DNA from: Escherichia coli | Lineage (GTDB): Bacteria > Pseudomonadota > Gammaproteobacteria > Enterobacterales > Enterobacteriaceae | Strand: one strand, 5' to 3' | Assembly: GCF_044324785.1 (NCBI RefSeq) | Contig: NZ_CP172127.1 | Length of the DNA stretch: 64,000 nucleotides | In this document: positions 47,853-58,480 of the stretch, in pieces | Position numbering within the stretch: the first letter of the stretch is position 1 | How the letters are laid out: every line of letters begins with the position of its first letter | The notes under the pieces: generated by a model | Told to the model about the DNA's origin: nothing | Databases searched by the model: none | What the model saw: the letters and a program-made list of their open reading frames with translations, nothing else | Program-made: the position numbers and the translations under genes

Positions 47853-50006
47853 ATGCTAAGTCCTTTGCTCAAACGCTATACCTGGAACAGCGCCTGGCTG
47901 TATTACGCGCGTATTTTTATTGCGCTTTGTGGAACCACAGCGTTTCCGTGGTGGCTGGGTGATGTAAAACTGACGATTCCGCTGACGCTGGGGATGGTGG
48001 CAGCGGCGCTGACCGATCTCGATGACCGACTGGCGGGACGTTTGCGTAACCTCATCATTACGCTGTTCTGCTTTTTTATCGCCTCGGCCTCAGTAGAATT
48101 GCTGTTTCCCTGGCCCTGGCTATTTGCGATTGGCCTAACGCTCTCTACCAGCGGCTTCATTTTGCTCGGCGGTCTGGGTCAACGCTATGCAACAATTGCC
48201 TTCGGTGCATTGCTGATCGCCATTTACACTATGTTGGGAACATCACTGTATGAGCACTGGTATCAGCAGCCGATGTATCTGCTGGCCGGTGCCGTCTGGT
48301 ACAACGTCCTGACACTTATTGGTCATCTGCTGTTCCCGGTCCGCCCGCTGCAGGACAACCTGGCGCGTTGCTATGAACAACTGGCGCGTTATCTTGAGCT
48401 CAAGTCGCGCATGTTTGATCCTGATATTGAAGATGAAAGCCAGGCACCGCTGTACGATTTGGCTCTCGCCAACGGTCAGCTGATGGCGACATTGAATCAG
48501 ACGAAACTCTCGCTGCTTACCCGCTTACGTGGCGATCGTGGTCAACGGGGAACGCGTCGCACGCTGCATTATTACTTTGTCGCACAGGATATTCACGAGC
48601 GTGCCAGCTCTTCTCATATTCAGTATCAAACATTGCGTGAACATTTTCGCCACAGCGACGTACTGTTCCGTTTTCAGCGGCTGATGTCGATGCAGGGCCA
48701 GGCGTGCCAGCAACTGTCACGCTGTATTTTGCTGCGCCAGCCTTATCAACATGATCAGCATTTTGAGCGCGCTTTTACGCATATTGATGCTGCGCTGGAG
48801 CGGATGCGCGATAACGGCGCGCCTGCCGATTTACTCAAAACACTGGGATTTTTGCTGAACAATTTACGCGCTATTGATGCCCAACTGGCAACAATTGAAT
48901 CAGAACAGGCCCAGGCACTGCCCCATAATAATGACGAAAATGAGCTCGCTGATGACAGCCCGCACGGATTAAGTGATATCTGGCTGCGTCTTAGCCGTCA
49001 CTTCACGCCGGAATCCGCCCTCTTCCGTCATGCGGTAAGAATGTCGCTGGTGTTGTGCTTCGGCTACGCCATCATTCAGATAACCGGAATGCATCACGGG
49101 TATTGGATCTTGCTGACAAGTTTGTTTGTCTGCCAGCCAAACTATAACGCCACGCGCCACCGCCTGAAGTTAAGGATTATTGGGACGCTGGTAGGTATCG
49201 CCATTGGCATTCCTGTGCTGTGGTTTGTGCCGTCACTGGAAGGGCAACTGGTGCTACTGGTTATTACCGGCGTGCTCTTTTTTGCCTTCCGTAACGTGCA
49301 ATACGCCCATGCAACGATGTTCATCACACTTTTGGTGCTACTTTGTTTTAACTTACTGGGTGAAGGTTTTGAAGTGGCGTTACCTCGCGTAATTGATACG
49401 CTGATTGGTTGTGCCATTGCGTGGGCGGCAGTGAGCTACATCTGGCCTGACTGGAAGTTTCGCAATCTGCCGCGCATGCTCGAACGCGCCACAGAGGCCA
49501 ACTGTCGGTATCTCGACGCCATACTGGAGCAATACCATCAGGGACGTGATAACCGTCTGGCGTATCGTATTGCCCGCCGCGATGCACACAACCGTGATGC
49601 TGAACTGGCGTCGGTGGTATCAAATATGTCCAGCGAGCCGAACGTTACCCCGCAAATTCGCGAGGCCGCGTTTCGGTTGCTGTGCCTTAACCATACGTTT
49701 ACCAGCTATATCTCAGCCCTCGGTGCTCACCGGGAGCAGTTAACTAATCCTGATATTCTGGCGTTTCTTGATGACGCAGTTTGCTATGTTGATGACGCGC
49801 TACATCATCAACCTGCTGATGAAGAACGCGTCAATCAGGCATTAGCTGGCCTGAAACAGCGGATGCAGCAACTTGAACCGCGGGCAGACAGCAAAGAACC
49901 TCTGGTCGTACAACAAGTCGGGTTATTGATTGCATTACTGCCAGAGATTGGTCGTCTGCAACGCCAGATTACTCAAGTTCCGCAGGAAACTCCTGTTTCG
50001 GCGTAA
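47853..50006 (+). CDS. yccS: Inner-membrane protein YccS (YccS/YhfK family), 717 aa
   Basis: ORF 47844..50006 trimmed to MLSPLLKRYTWNS... Confidence 0.85.
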   Translation: MLSPLLKRYTWNSAWLYYARIFIALCGTTAFPWWLGDVKLTIPLTLGMVAAALTDLDDRLAGRLRNLIITLFCFFIASASVELLFPWPWLFAIGLTLSTSGFILLGGLGQRYATIAFGALLIAIYTMLGTSLYEHWYQQPMYLLAGAVWYNVLTLIGHLLFPVRPLQDNLARCYEQLARYLELKSRMFDPDIEDESQAPLYDLALANGQLMATLNQTKLSLLTRLRGDRGQRGTRRTLHYYFVAQDIHERASSSHIQYQTLREHFRHSDVLFRFQRLMSMQGQACQQLSRCILLRQPYQHDQHFERAFTHIDAALERMRDNGAPADLLKTLGFLLNNLRAIDAQLATIESEQAQALPHNNDENELADDSPHGLSDIWLRLSRHFTPESALFRHAVRMSLVLCFGYAIIQITGMHHGYWILLTSLFVCQPNYNATRHRLKLRIIGTLVGIAIGIPVLWFVPSLEGQLVLLVITGVLFFAFRNVQYAHATMFITLLVLLCFNLLGEGFEVALPRVIDTLIGCAIAWAAVSYIWPDWKFRNLPRMLERATEANCRYLDAILEQYHQGRDNRLAYRIARRDAHNRDAELASVVSNMSSEPNVTPQIREAAFRLLCLNHTFTSYISALGAHREQLTNPDILAFLDDAVCYVDDALHHQPADEERVNQALAGLKQRMQQLEPRADSKEPLVVQQVGLLIALLPEIGRLQRQITQVPQETPVSA

Positions 50007-50598
50007 GAGAGTCAGCCCATTCTGCAAGCTCCTGGCGGCGTGCCACCGGGAGCGCAGCTTCATGAATGCCGATAATGGCCCCTTCAAGCATAAACAGAAT
50101 CTTTTCTGTCACCAGACTGTTTTGCTGCCGCAGTCGCAACCAACACATTTTTGCCCCAAGTATACGTAACGCCCGTACATCCTTAATCCCCACCTCCCCG
50201 AGAATCGCTTCCAGATGAAAAGACATATTGGGCAAATCTTTCAGTCTTTCCCGGGTATTGCGCGTGCTTTTCTCTTTCAGCGCTGCATCGAGAGAATATT
50301 TCGACAGACGCACCAGCTTCAGTTGATTTCGCCATAGACTTTCATCAACCCGATAGTAATTGAGGGTAACGGATCGGCCACACTTTTTATATGTCAGCCA
50401 GACAGGCGGATGTTTTACACAGTACTGTGCACTTTGCTCACAAGCCCGAAGATACAACTCACCATCAGAAACCATCGCAAACACCGTGTCGTCAACGGTC
50501 AGGCTGTAACTACCAAACAATGATCGGTATTCAATTGTGCCCAACGTTGCCAGGTATTCTTGTGATTTATAGATCCGCTTATAGGAGAGGCTTTTCAT
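49969..50598 (-). CDS. sxy: Competence regulator Sxy (TfoX), 209 aa
   Basis: Full ORF; 3' end overlaps yccS by 38 bp. Confidence 0.9.
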   Translation of the reverse strand: MKSLSYKRIYKSQEYLATLGTIEYRSLFGSYSLTVDDTVFAMVSDGELYLRACEQSAQYCVKHPPVWLTYKKCGRSVTLNYYRVDESLWRNQLKLVRLSKYSLDAALKEKSTRNTRERLKDLPNMSFHLEAILGEVGIKDVRALRILGAKMCWLRLRQQNSLVTEKILFMLEGAIIGIHEAALPVARRQELAEWADSLTPKQEFPAELE

Positions 50599-50774
50599 AA
50601 AATTCCTTTTAAAATCATAACATAAAAGAATGATTCACATTAACGGATCCGTTAACTACGAAAATAGGCAACTTATTCTTAAGGGGCAAGATTAATTTAT
50701 GTTTTCCCGTCACCAACGACAAAATTTGCGAGGCTCTTTCCGAAAATAGGGTTGATCTTTGTTGTCACTGGATG

Positions 50775-50794
50775 TACTGTACATCCATACAGTA
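50775..50794. promoter_or_regulatory. LexA SOS box TACTGTACATCCATACAGTA
   Basis: Perfect CTGT-N8-ACAG palindrome 22 nt upstream of the sulA start. Confidence 0.85.
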
Positions 50795-50816
50795 ACTCAC
50801 AGGGGCTGGATTGATT

Positions 50817-51326
50817 ATGTACACTTCAGGCTATGCACATCGTTCTTCGTCGTTCTCATCCGCAGCAAGTAAAATTGCGCGTGTCTCTACGGAAAACACT
50901 ACAGCCGGGCTTATCAGTGAAGTTGTCTATCGCGAAGATCAGCCCATGATGACGCAACTTCTACTGTTGCCATTGTTACAGCAACTCGGTCAGCAATCGC
51001 GCTGGCAACTCTGGTTAACACCGCAACAAAAACTGAGTCGCGAATGGGTTCAGGCATCTGGGCTACCCTTAACGAAAGTAATGCAGATTAGCCAGCTCTC
51101 CCCTTGCCACACCGTGGAGTCAATGGTTCGCGCTTTACGCACGGGCAATTACAGCGTGGTGATCGGTTGGTTGGCAGATGATTTGACTGAAGAAGAGCAT
51201 GCTGAACTTGTTGATGCGGCAAATGAAGGTAACGCTATGGGGTTTATTATGCGTCCGGTAAGTGCATCCTCTCACGCCACGAGACAACTTTCCGGGCTAA
51301 AAATTCACTCTAATTTGTATCATTAA
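50817..51326 (+). CDS. sulA: SOS cell-division inhibitor SulA, 169 aa
   Basis: ORF 50811..51326 (TTG) trimmed to ATG 50817, [12 protein letters not shown]... Confidence 0.9.
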
Positions 51327-51335
51327 GTAAATTTA

Positions 51336-51367
51336 GGATTAATCCTGGAACTTTTTTTGTCGCCCAG
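51336..51367 (+). terminator. Putative sulA terminator (AGGATTAATCCT hairpin + T-run)
   Basis: Palindrome followed by TTTTTTTG shortly after the sulA stop. Confidence 0.45.
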
Positions 51368-51548
51368 CCAATGCTTTCAGTCGTGACTAATTTTCCTTGC
51401 GGAGGCTTGTCTGAAGCGGTTTCCGCGATTTTCTTCTGTAAATTGTCGCTGACAAAAAAGATTAAACGTACCTTATACAAGACTTTTTTTTCATATGCCT
51501 GACGGAGTTCACACTTGTAAGTTTTCAACTACGTTGTAGACTTTACAT

Positions 51549-51681
51549 CGCCAGGGGTGCTCGGCATAAGCCGAAGATATCGGTAGAGTTAATATTGAGC
51601 AGATCCCCGGTGAAGGATTTAACCGTGTTATCTCGTTGGAGATATTCATGGCGTATTTTGGATGATAACGAGGCGCAAAAA
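51549..51681 (+). promoter_or_regulatory. ompA long 5' UTR (stability determinant; MicA/RseX target region)
   Basis: Sequence GCCAGGGGTGCTCGGCATAAGCC...GATGATAACGAGGCGCAAAAA preceding the ompA ATG matches the ompA leader as I recall it. Confidence 0.7.
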
Positions 51682-52722
51682 ATGAAAAAGACAGCTATCG
51701 CGATTGCAGTGGCACTGGCTGGTTTCGCTACCGTAGCGCAGGCCGCTCCGAAAGATAACACCTGGTACACTGGTGCTAAACTGGGCTGGTCCCAGTACCA
51801 TGACACTGGTTTCATCAACAACAATGGTCCGACCCATGAAAACCAACTGGGCGCTGGTGCTTTTGGTGGTTACCAGGTTAACCCGTATGTTGGCTTTGAA
51901 ATGGGTTATGACTGGTTAGGTCGTATGCCATACAAAGGCAGCGTTGAAAACGGTGCATATAAAGCTCAGGGCGTTCAGCTGACCGCTAAACTGGGTTACC
52001 CAATCACTGACGATCTGGACGTATACACTCGTCTGGGTGGTATGGTATGGCGTGCAGACACTAAATCCAACGTTTATGGTAAAAACCATGACACCGGCGT
52101 TTCTCCGGTCTTCGCTGGCGGTGTTGAGTATGCGATCACTCCTGAAATCGCTACCCGTCTGGAATACCAGTGGACCAACAACATCGGTGACGCACACACC
52201 ATCGGTACTCGTCCGGACAACGGCATGCTGAGCCTGGGTGTTTCCTACCGTTTCGGTCAGGGCGAAGCAGCTCCAGTAGTTGCTCCGGCTCCAGCTCCGG
52301 CACCGGAAGTACAGACCAAGCACTTCACTCTGAAGTCTGACGTTCTGTTCACCTTCAACAAAGCAACCCTGAAACCGGAAGGTCAGGCTGCTCTGGATCA
52401 GCTGTACAGCCAGCTGAGCAACCTGGATCCGAAAGACGGTTCCGTAGTTGTTCTGGGTTACACTGACCGCATCGGTTCTGACGCTTACAACCAGGGTCTG
52501 TCCGAGCGCCGTGCTCAGTCTGTTGTTGATTACCTGATCTCCAAAGGTATCCCGGCAGACAAGATCTCCGCACGTGGTATGGGCGAATCCAACCCGGTTA
52601 CTGGCAACACCTGTGACAACGTGAAACAGCGTGCTGCACTGATCGACTGCCTGGCTCCGGATCGTCGCGTAGAGATCGAAGTTAAAGGCATCAAAGACGT
52701 TGTAACTCAGCCGCAGGCTTAA
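51682..52722 (+). CDS. ompA: Outer-membrane protein A OmpA, 346 aa
   Basis: ORF 51595..52722 trimmed to [21 protein letters not shown] (signal peptide); APAPAP hinge and C-terminal OmpA domain. Confidence 0.95.
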   Translation: MKKTAIAIAVALAGFATVAQAAPKDNTWYTGAKLGWSQYHDTGFINNNGPTHENQLGAGAFGGYQVNPYVGFEMGYDWLGRMPYKGSVENGAYKAQGVQLTAKLGYPITDDLDVYTRLGGMVWRADTKSNVYGKNHDTGVSPVFAGGVEYAITPEIATRLEYQWTNNIGDAHTIGTRPDNGMLSLGVSYRFGQGEAAPVVAPAPAPAPEVQTKHFTLKSDVLFTFNKATLKPEGQAALDQLYSQLSNLDPKDGSVVVLGYTDRIGSDAYNQGLSERRAQSVVDYLISKGIPADKISARGMGESNPVTGNTCDNVKQRAALIDCLAPDRRVEIEVKGIKDVVTQPQA

Positions 52723-52735
52723 GTTCTCGTCTGGT

Positions 52736-52768
52736 AAAAAACCCCGCTGCTGCGGGGTTTTTTTTCGT
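52736..52768 (+). terminator. ompA rho-independent terminator
   Basis: AAAAAACCCCGC-TGC-TGCGGGGTTTTTTTT. Confidence 0.85.
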
Positions 52769-52797
52769 CTTTAGAAAATTGAACTGACTTTCGTCAG

Positions 52798-53250
52798 TTA
52801 TTCCTTACCCAGCAATGCCTGCAGATCCTGCTTCAAAGAAGACATTTTATTCGCGTATTTCTCTTTGTTTTCCGCATCTTCAATCAGCTGAACAATCGTT
52901 TCAGAAAGCGTTTTACCGCGACGCTGCGCAAGACCAGCCAGACGTTGCCAGACAATAAATTCCAGATCGATCGATTTTTTGCGCGTATGCTGGTGTTCCG
53001 CATTAAAATGGCGCTTCCGTCTGGCCCGAATGGTCTGCTTCATGCGATTGACCAGTTCCGGATTCATATGCTTATCAATCCAGTTATTTACCAGCACGGG
53101 TTCATTTTCCAGCGAGAGCAACACATCGACGGCTTCCTGGGCGGCACTGGCTTCTATGTAACGGGTGATTAACTCCCCTTCGCGATGCTTCTTCACCAGA
53201 TACTTCCATTTCCAACCGCTTTCAAGATTTTCAAGTTGTTGATATTTCAT
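52798..53250 (-). CDS. matP: Ter macrodomain organiser MatP, 150 aa
   Basis: Full [25 protein letters not shown]... Confidence 0.9.
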   Translation of the reverse strand: MKYQQLENLESGWKWKYLVKKHREGELITRYIEASAAQEAVDVLLSLENEPVLVNNWIDKHMNPELVNRMKQTIRARRKRHFNAEHQHTRKKSIDLEFIVWQRLAGLAQRRGKTLSETIVQLIEDAENKEKYANKMSSLKQDLQALLGKE

Positions 53251-53435
53251 AGCGATCTCAATGTTACCGTGTAACTCTTTACAGAATATCAGCTTTTTGG
53301 GCCAGTGAAGAAAAGAATCTCCATCCTGTGAGCTTTAACGCCCATGCCAAGAGTATTGTCGGTGCTTTCTACGTGTGCTGTAGTGCCGGTTACGGTATAA
53401 TCGCGGCTTTGACAACAGACTAAAAAACATCAACT

Positions 53436-55196
53436 TTGACCATTACGAAACTTGCATGGCGTGACCTGGTTCCTGATACCGATAGCTATCAGGAAATATT
53501 TGCTCAGCCACATTTGATTGACGAAAACGATCCTTTATTCAGTGATACTCAACCGCGACTGCAATTTGCGCTGGAGCAGTTGCTGCATACGCGAGCATCC
53601 TCCTCTTTTATGCTGGCGAAGGCCCCGGAAGAGTCTGAGTATCTGAATCTTATTGCCGATGCCGCGCGTGCGCTACAAAGTGATGCAGGCCAACTGGTGG
53701 GCGGTCACTATGAGGTTTCCGGCCACACCATCCGCTTACGTCACGCAGTGAGTGCAGATGATAATTTTGCGACTTTAACGCAAGTTGTCGCTGCCGACTG
53801 GGTAGAAGCAGAGCAACTCTTTGGCTGCCTGCGCCAGTTTAATGGCGACATTACCCTGCAGCCAGGTCTGGTGCATCAGGCAAATGGCGGTATTCTCATC
53901 ATCTCTTTGCGTACACTGCTGGCGCAACCTCTGCTGTGGATGCGGCTGAAAAATATCGTTAACCGCGAGCGTTTTGACTGGGTTGCGTTTGATGAGTCGC
54001 GCCCTCTCCCCGTCTCTGTGCCTTCGATGCCATTGAAGCTGAAAGTCATTCTGGTAGGCGAACGCGAATCATTGGCTGATTTCCAGGAGATGGAACCAGA
54101 GCTTTCAGAGCAGGCTATTTATAGCGAATTTGAAGACACTCTGCAGATTGTCGATGCGGAGTCAGTAAGCCAGTGGTGTCGCTGGGTGACATTGACCGCC
54201 AGACATAATCACTTACCTGCACCAGGAGCGGATGCCTGGCCGGTACTTATCCGCGAAGCAGCCCGCTACACCGGTGAACAAGAAACACTTCCGCTTAGCC
54301 CGCAGTGGATCCTCCGCCAGTGTAAAGAGGTCGCCTCCCTGTGCGATGGCGACACCTTCTCCGGCGAGCAGCTAAACTTAATGCTGCAGCAGCGTGAATG
54401 GCGTGAAGGTTTCCTCGCTGAACGCATGCAGGATGAGATCCTTCAGGAGCAAATCCTGATTGAAACCGAAGGCGAACGCATCGGGCAAATTAACGCCCTT
54501 TCGGTCATTGAATTTCCGGGTCATCCACGCGCTTTTGGCGAACCTTCTCGCATTAGCTGCGTTGTGCATATTGGCGATGGTGAATTCACCGACATCGAAC
54601 GCAAAGCGGAGCTTGGCGGCAATATCCATGCGAAAGGGATGATGATCATGCAGGCGTTCCTGATGTCGGAACTACAGCTTGAGCAACAGATCCCCTTCTC
54701 AGCATCGCTGACATTTGAGCAGTCATACAGTGAAGTGGATGGCGATAGTGCCTCGATGGCTGAACTCTGCGCCCTGATAAGCGCCCTCGCCGATGTGCCG
54801 GTGAATCAGAGTATCGCTATCACAGGTTCAGTCGATCAGTTCGGTCGTGCCCAGCCGGTCGGTGGTTTAAATGAGAAAATCGAAGGCTTCTTTGCTATTT
54901 GCCAGCAACGTGAGTTAACCGGGAAACAAGGTGTCATTATCCCCACTGCTAACATTCGCCATTTAAGTCTTCACAGTGAACTGGTGAAAGCGGTAGAAGA
55001 AGGCAAATTCACCATCTGGGCAGTAGACGATGTGACTGACGCACTGCCGTTATTATTAAATCTGATGTGGGATGGCGAAGGCCAAACGACGCTGATGCAA
55101 ACCATCCAGGAACGTATCGCGCAAGCATCGCAACAGGAAGGACGTCACCGTTTTCCATGGCCATTACGTTGGCTGAACTGGTTTATTCCGAACTGA
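53436..55196 (+). CDS. ycbZ: Lon-like protease YcbZ (LonH), 586 aa
   Basis: C-terminal Lon protease domain with DGDSAS serine box (Ser438); no canonical Walker A seen. Confidence 0.88.
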
Positions 55197-55228
55197 TCGG
55201 ACTTGTTCAGCGTACACGTGTTAGCTAT
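55191..55228. promoter_or_regulatory. fabA promoter operators: FadR site AACTGATCGGACTTGTT and FabR palindrome AGCGTACACGTGTTAGCT
   Basis: Matches to the FadR consensus (ANCTGGTCNGANNTGTT) and the FabR inverted repeat about 40-70 nt upstream of the fabA ATG. Confidence 0.6.
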
Positions 55229-55264
55229 CCTGCGTGCTTCAATAAAATAAGGCTTACAGAGAAC

Positions 55265-55783
55265 ATGGTAGATAAACGCGAATCCTATACAAAAGAAGAC
55301 CTTCTTGCCTCTGGTCGCGGTGAACTGTTTGGCGCTAAAGGCCCGCAATTGCCAGCACCGAACATGCTGATGATGGACCGTGTGGTCAAAATGACCGAAA
55401 CGGGTGGTAACTTCGACAAAGGGTATGTTGAAGCAGAACTGGATATCAATCCGGATCTGTGGTTCTTCGGATGCCACTTCATTGGCGATCCGGTTATGCC
55501 GGGATGCCTGGGCCTGGACGCAATGTGGCAGCTGGTAGGGTTCTACCTCGGCTGGCTGGGCGGCGAAGGTAAAGGCCGCGCGCTGGGCGTTGGCGAAGTG
55601 AAATTCACTGGTCAGGTACTGCCAACAGCGAAAAAAGTGACCTACCGTATTCACTTTAAACGCATTGTTAACCGTCGTCTGATTATGGGCCTGGCGGATG
55701 GCGAAGTGCTGGTTGATGGTCGTTTGATCTATACCGCCAGCGACCTGAAAGTCGGTCTGTTCCAGGATACGTCTGCCTTCTGA
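55265..55783 (+). CDS. fabA: 3-hydroxydecanoyl-ACP dehydratase/isomerase FabA, 172 aa
   Basis: Internal ATG of ORF 55067..55783; [23 protein letters not shown]... Confidence 0.95.
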
Positions 55784-55810
55784 TTATAATCAGACAGAGT
55801 ATCAAAAGGC

Positions 55811-55840
55811 GAAACCTCCGCAATGCGGAGGTTTCTTTTT
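55811..55840. terminator. Bidirectional terminator between convergent fabA and rmf
   Basis: GAAACCTCCGC-AAT-GCGGAGGTTTC followed by TTTTT. Confidence 0.75.
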
Positions 55841-55852
55841 AAAGAGACAGAA

Positions 55853-56020
55853 TCAGGCCATTACTACCCTGTCCGCCATGGCTTCTCGCCAGCCTCCCAG
55901 CCATTGTGACCTTTGATTCAGCGTCTGATAGGGACACATTTCTTTTGAGCGTCCGGCGATGCCGGCCTGATAACCACGTTGATGTGCCCGTTCCAGGCGA
56001 TCTCGTTTTTGTCTCTTCAT
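55853..56020 (-). CDS. rmf: Ribosome modulation factor Rmf, 55 aa
   Basis: Hand-translated: MKRQKRDRLERAHQRGYQAGIAGRSKEMCPYQTLNQRSQWLGGWREAMADRVVMA; below the ORF-track cut-off. Confidence 0.85.
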   Translation of the reverse strand: MKRQKRDRLERAHQRGYQAGIAGRSKEMCPYQTLNQRSQWLGGWREAMADRVVMA

Positions 56021-56275
56021 GCCTCGTTTCCCTCATACTGGTTTCTGGTGGAAAAGAAAACAGTGATTACTAAATGTGCAATCACAGTTAAGCAATACCG
56101 CGAATCATAACTGCCGTCAATGCGCAAAATTCACGCCACTGTCATATTTGTGAGCTACACGGGCATGTCGGTTGTACAAAAAATGTGAAGAGGAACAACT
56201 TTTTCCGCAAGTTAGAAACAAAAAAACCGCCTCAGGCAACATACCGGAGACGGTTATATTTACAAATCTTTATGA

Positions 56276-56839
56276 TTACGGTAGACGCTTTATCTCTTGC
56301 GCAATAGAAGCGGCTTCCTGACTCCAGACACTGGCCAGCACTTTAACCATTTCATCGTAACCATCCTGAGTTTGCACCCCTTCCAGACGGAACGGACGTT
56401 TGATCAGTTGTCCCTGGTGGTTCAACAGCCACTCACCACTGACAATGACCTTGCCATCATATCGCCCGTTAAACTCCGTTACGGTAACATTGAGCGTATC
56501 CTGGGCGCTTCCCAGAGGCTGGGAGGCAACCACCCAGCCGGGCAGTTGCGTGCTCAGGTTGGCAACCAGAGTGTTGCGCAACTGTTGATCCAACGGGCTG
56601 GCCCACAAGTTGTTGTTGGCAATCACATACTTCACATCACTGGTTTGATAAACCACACCATTTCCGGCCAGATAGTCAGGAACAGCGACCTGCTCTACCC
56701 ATAACAGGCGATTACCCTGGCTGGCGGTACTTTGTGTACCGCTCTGCACCACAGGTAACTGGTAATAGTTTTTATTAATTTCGCCGGAGCTGCATCCGGC
56801 CAGCCACAGTGCTGCAATCGTCACTAGCCACTTTTTCAT
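56276..56839 (-). CDS. pqiC: Outer-membrane lipoprotein PqiC (YmbA), 187 aa
   Basis: Lipobox LAGCSS; last gene of the pqiABC operon. Confidence 0.88.
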   Translation of the reverse strand: MKKWLVTIAALWLAGCSSGEINKNYYQLPVVQSGTQSTASQGNRLLWVEQVAVPDYLAGNGVVYQTSDVKYVIANNNLWASPLDQQLRNTLVANLSTQLPGWVVASQPLGSAQDTLNVTVTEFNGRYDGKVIVSGEWLLNHQGQLIKRPFRLEGVQTQDGYDEMVKVLASVWSQEAASIAQEIKRLP

Positions 56840-58476
56840 TGTTTCGCCCTCTTCGGCTCTGGATCTTTTTTGTCCTTCGCTTCAAATACCAGCGCGTTAC
56901 TCTTCTCATTGAGCGTTTTCAGCACCGGTTGCAGTTCTCGCAACACCTGATCAAGGCGCTGCATATCCGCCACCATCTTGTTGTAGGCTGCGGAGCCAGG
57001 CTGGAAGCCCTGCATGCTGCGATTCAATTCACGCAACGTTGACTGCATATCCGTCGGCAGCTGCTGCATCGACTGGCTGGCGAGGATCTTGTTCATGCTA
57101 TCCAGCGTCGTTTGCAGGTTTTTCATTGTGCGCTGACTTTCAGAAAGCGTACTGGTTGCCTGTTCAATCATCGGATTCAATGGCAGTTTGTTGATCTTAT
57201 CCAACGCTTCCATCAGTCGTTGCTGGATTTGCGCCAGGCCGCCGCTAACGGTCGGGATAATCTGATAACCATTAAATTCACGAATACCGGTTATTGCAGG
57301 CGTATTTGGATAGAAATCGAGATCAACATACAGTGCGCCAGTGACCAGGTTTCCGGTTTTCAGCGATCCGCGTAAACCACGTTTCAACAATTCGCCAAGG
57401 TGCTCAACAACATCCGCATTTTCGCCAAGCTGCATTTTCAGCCGCTCTGGCTCGATACGAATCAGTACCGGAATACGGTAATCATCGTTAAATGTCTGAC
57501 GCATATTCGGCGCAAAGAATGGCACTTTGCTTACGGTACCCAGGCGAATCCCCCGGAATTCTACCGGAGCTCCCGGTTGCAGACCGCGTACCGAATCTTT
57601 AAAGAACATCAGATAATCAATGTGATCGGTGTACAACGAATCCTGAATGCTCTTCTGATCATCATACAAAACGAAAGCTGTTTTCGGTGCCACTGGCTGC
57701 CCTAAATCCAGACCTTCCGGCACATCAAAGCTGACACCGCCACTAAGCAGCGTTGTCAATGAGCCCATCTCCACACGCATTCCCGCTGACGTCAAATCAA
57801 CCGCAATGCCACTATCTTTCCAGAAGCGAACATTGCTGGTCACCAGTCGGTCATAAGGTGCATTGATGAACAGTTGATAGCTGATATTGCGTTTTTGCGT
57901 ATCGAAGGTGCTGGTTTCAACCGAACCTACCCGATAGCCACGGAACAGCACGGGATCTCCTGGCGAGAGCTGCCCGGCTTTTTTGCTATCGAGAATCACA
58001 CGGATACCTTTCGCATCAGGCGGGGCCAACGGTGGCGAGTCCAGCAAATCGTATTTATCCATTTTGCTGCCTTTCGCGCCTGGCTGCAGTTCGATATAAA
58101 CCCCAGACAGCAGCGTTCCCAGGCCGCTAATCCCTTCTCGACCAATCTGCGGTTTCACCACCCAAAAGACGGTATCTTTATGCAGCAATTTTTCCATACC
58201 GGAATTCAGCCGCGCTTTGATTTCAACGTGCGTCAAATCATCAGCCAGTGTGGCGCTTTCAACCACGCCGACGTCAACGCTACGGCTTTTAATGGTGGTT
58301 TTACCACCTTCAATTCCTTCCGCATTCGCGGTGATCAGGGTCACTTCCGGCCCCTGATGGCTGTAATGATAAAAAAGAACCCAGGCCCCAATGAGCGCCG
58401 TGACGATAGGAAATATCCACACGGGAGACCAGTTCTTCACTTTCTGGATTTTGGCTTCCCCATTATTAGATTCCAT
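56836..58476 (-). CDS. pqiB: MCE-domain periplasmic protein PqiB, 546 aa
   Basis: ORF 56836..58536 trimmed to MESNNGEAKIQKVKNWSPVWIFP... Confidence 0.9.
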   Translation of the reverse strand: MESNNGEAKIQKVKNWSPVWIFPIVTALIGAWVLFYHYSHQGPEVTLITANAEGIEGGKTTIKSRSVDVGVVESATLADDLTHVEIKARLNSGMEKLLHKDTVFWVVKPQIGREGISGLGTLLSGVYIELQPGAKGSKMDKYDLLDSPPLAPPDAKGIRVILDSKKAGQLSPGDPVLFRGYRVGSVETSTFDTQKRNISYQLFINAPYDRLVTSNVRFWKDSGIAVDLTSAGMRVEMGSLTTLLSGGVSFDVPEGLDLGQPVAPKTAFVLYDDQKSIQDSLYTDHIDYLMFFKDSVRGLQPGAPVEFRGIRLGTVSKVPFFAPNMRQTFNDDYRIPVLIRIEPERLKMQLGENADVVEHLGELLKRGLRGSLKTGNLVTGALYVDLDFYPNTPAITGIREFNGYQIIPTVSGGLAQIQQRLMEALDKINKLPLNPMIEQATSTLSESQRTMKNLQTTLDSMNKILASQSMQQLPTDMQSTLRELNRSMQGFQPGSAAYNKMVADMQRLDQVLRELQPVLKTLNEKSNALVFEAKDKKDPEPKRAKQ

Positions 58477-58480
58477 ACTG

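Noticed and set aside
51310-51528. 72-aa minus-strand ORF in the sulA-ompA intergenic region
   Set aside because: Lies across the sulA terminator and ompA promoter region, has no ribosome-binding site, and is probably a chance ORF in AT-rich DNA.
55839-56036. 65-aa minus-strand ORF from the track
   Set aside because: Overlaps rmf in a different frame; the rmf frame (55853..56020) gives the recognisable Rmf sequence.
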